A stretch of DNA of 62,370 nucleotides, filler included. It is 6 parts of 6 records of this genome, joined end to end, with 100 filler letters (N's around TTAATTAATTAA, not from the genome) between each part and the next. Parts side by side here need not be neighbours in the genome. Positions count along the whole stretch, not along the records: positions 51,856 to 62,370 come from SRR2962707_4356; 5 more parts are not named here. One strand, written 5' to 3'. This document shows, one piece after another, positions 61,123 through 62,370 of this stretch; within the stretch, counting starts at the first letter, position 1, and every line of letters starts with the position of its first letter. Both the position numbers and the translations under genes were made by a program. A model generated the notes under the pieces. It was not told the DNA's origin and ran no database searches. It saw only the letters and a list, made by a program, of their open reading frames with translations.

Positions 61123-61156
61123 GGTGTCAAAATTTGGCACCATTTACCGTTAGCAG
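61123..61156 (+). promoter_or_regulatory. Candidate WYL-regulator operator and promoter
   Basis: GGTGTCAAA-A-TTTGGCACC dyad (61123-61141) between divergent genes, then TAGCAG at 61151. Confidence 0.55.
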
Positions 61157-61187
61157 GCCTCGTAGCTGTCAGAAAGGTGAACAAGCA

Positions 61188-62132
61188 ATGTCCAATATGA
61201 TCAACTTTCCCGAGCCCAAAATGGTCCGGGTCAACGGGGTGGAACTCGAGGTCTTCGAGGCAGGCCGGGAAAACAACGGGAAACCGATTGTGCTCTGTCA
61301 CGGCTGGCCGGAGCATGCCTATTCCTGGCGGCACCAGGTACCCGCGCTTGTTGCGGCGGGTTATCACGTCATTGTTCCGAACCAGCGTGGCTATGGCAAT
61401 TCATCGCGCCCGGAAGACGTCACGGCCTATGACATCGAGCATCTCGCGGGGGATCTCGTCTCGCTGCTGGATCACTATGGTTACGACGACGCCATTTTCA
61501 TGGGCCATGACTGGGGGGCAATGGTGGTCTGGGGGCTGACCCTGTTGCATCCGGGCCGGGTCAACAAGGTAATAAATCTGAGCCTGCCGTACCAGGAGCG
61601 CGGGGAACAGCCATGGATCGCCTTCATGGAAGCCATTTTGGGCGGCGACTTCTATTTCGTCCACTTCAATCGGCAGCCAGGCGTGGCGGATGCTGTGTTG
61701 GAGGAGAACACTTCCCGGTTCCTGGGAAACCTCTACCGGAAAAACGTGCCGCCTGCAGAGCCGGAGCCGGGCATGGTGATGATCAATTTGGCGCGGGCGG
61801 AGATGCCGTTGGGCGAGCCGGTGATGAGCGAGAATGAGCTGGCGGTCTTTGTCTCGGCCTTTGAGACGTCAGGCTTCACCGGCAGCATCAACTGGTACCG
61901 GAACCTGGACCGCAACTGGCACCTGCTGGCGGACGTGGATCCGACCATCCACCAGCCGACGCTCATGATCTATGGCGATCGCGACGCGGTCGCAAAAGCT
62001 CCGAACCTCAAGAGATTTGTACCCAATGTTGAGGTGCTTAGTTTCGATTGTGGTCACTGGATTCAGCAGGAAGTGCCGGAAGAAACCAACCAGGCTGTAC
62101 TCGATTGGCTGGATCGGCAGGGCGCCGCGTAG
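61188..62132 (+). CDS. Alpha/beta hydrolase, epoxide hydrolase-like
   Basis: HGWPE, RGYG.S, GHDWG nucleophile motif, NWYRN, CGHWIQQE. Confidence 0.92.
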   Translation: MSNMINFPEPKMVRVNGVELEVFEAGRENNGKPIVLCHGWPEHAYSWRHQVPALVAAGYHVIVPNQRGYGNSSRPEDVTAYDIEHLAGDLVSLLDHYGYDDAIFMGHDWGAMVVWGLTLLHPGRVNKVINLSLPYQERGEQPWIAFMEAILGGDFYFVHFNRQPGVADAVLEENTSRFLGNLYRKNVPPAEPEPGMVMINLARAEMPLGEPVMSENELAVFVSAFETSGFTGSINWYRNLDRNWHLLADVDPTIHQPTLMIYGDRDAVAKAPNLKRFVPNVEVLSFDCGHWIQQEVPEETNQAVLDWLDRQGAA

Positions 62133-62207
62133 TTCGCTCGTCAGTTCGGGAACAAGACACGGGCGCCTGCCCGGTCTGGTGGCGTCCGCTTCCCGCTCGC
62201 GTCCCCC

Positions 62208-62370
62208 CTAAAACGGCCACACCACCATCAGGGCCGGGACGCCGACCAGGACCACCAGGAAGGATAGTGGCAGGCCGAGGCGCCAGTAGTCGCCGAAGCG
62301 GTAGCCGCCGGGGGCCATGACCAGGGTGTTGCACTGGTGACCGATGGGGGTGAGGAAGTCGCAGCCGGCG
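62208..62370 (-). CDS. SLC13/DASS family permease, C-terminal fragment
   Basis: Manual translation: AGCDFLTPIGHQCNTLVMAPGGYRFGDYWRLGLPLSFLVVLVGVPALMVVWPF-stop. Confidence 0.9.
   Translation of the reverse strand, partial: AGCDFLTPIGHQCNTLVMAPGGYRFGDYWRLGLPLSFLVVLVGVPALMVVWPF

Overview
The window is not one locus. It joins six contigs with five 100-bp spacers (N-run + TTAATTAATTAA + N-run), and gene content and protein style suggest several organisms. Taxonomy below is inferred by eye. (1) 1-22879, high-GC alphaproteobacterium, Parvibaculum-like: dapD, a degenerate EAL protein, redox/SDR genes, an alkyl-sulfatase-like MBL hydrolase, an autotransporter + TIGR03032/DUF4915 + two-component locus with a candidate sRNA, an omega-aminotransferase with its regulator, a second barrel protein, and a VOC/CMD/MarR/ICL-family/PaaI cluster. 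(2) 22980-33460, gammaproteobacterium, Alcanivorax-like: peptide-type ABC genes, LysR/YeiH, a PAS-LuxR regulator followed by uncharacterised exported proteins, wrbA. (3) 33561-38762, Rhizobiaceae-like: zwf, PuuB/PuuA-like genes, a PilZ-like ORF. (4) 38863-45529, Rhodobacteraceae-like: valS, trkH, folE2, metZ with a SAM-II riboswitch. (5) 45630-51755 and (6) 51856-62370, Devosia-like: gltA, gltX, comEC, GH42; rarA-crcB-rluC-HAD-ATP12, folPBK, sulfate ABC genes without cysA, a WYL regulator and an epoxide hydrolase. No CRISPR array, rRNA, tRNA, transposase or recognisable defence system was seen. The best leads are: a PAS-LuxR mini-regulon with a duplicated activator-box promoter driving a non-canonical M28-like lipoprotein; the DUF4915-autotransporter-two-component locus, which has a box of the same geometry; and two unannotated anti-Shine-Dalgarno-loop sRNA candidates with CtrA-like boxes upstream.
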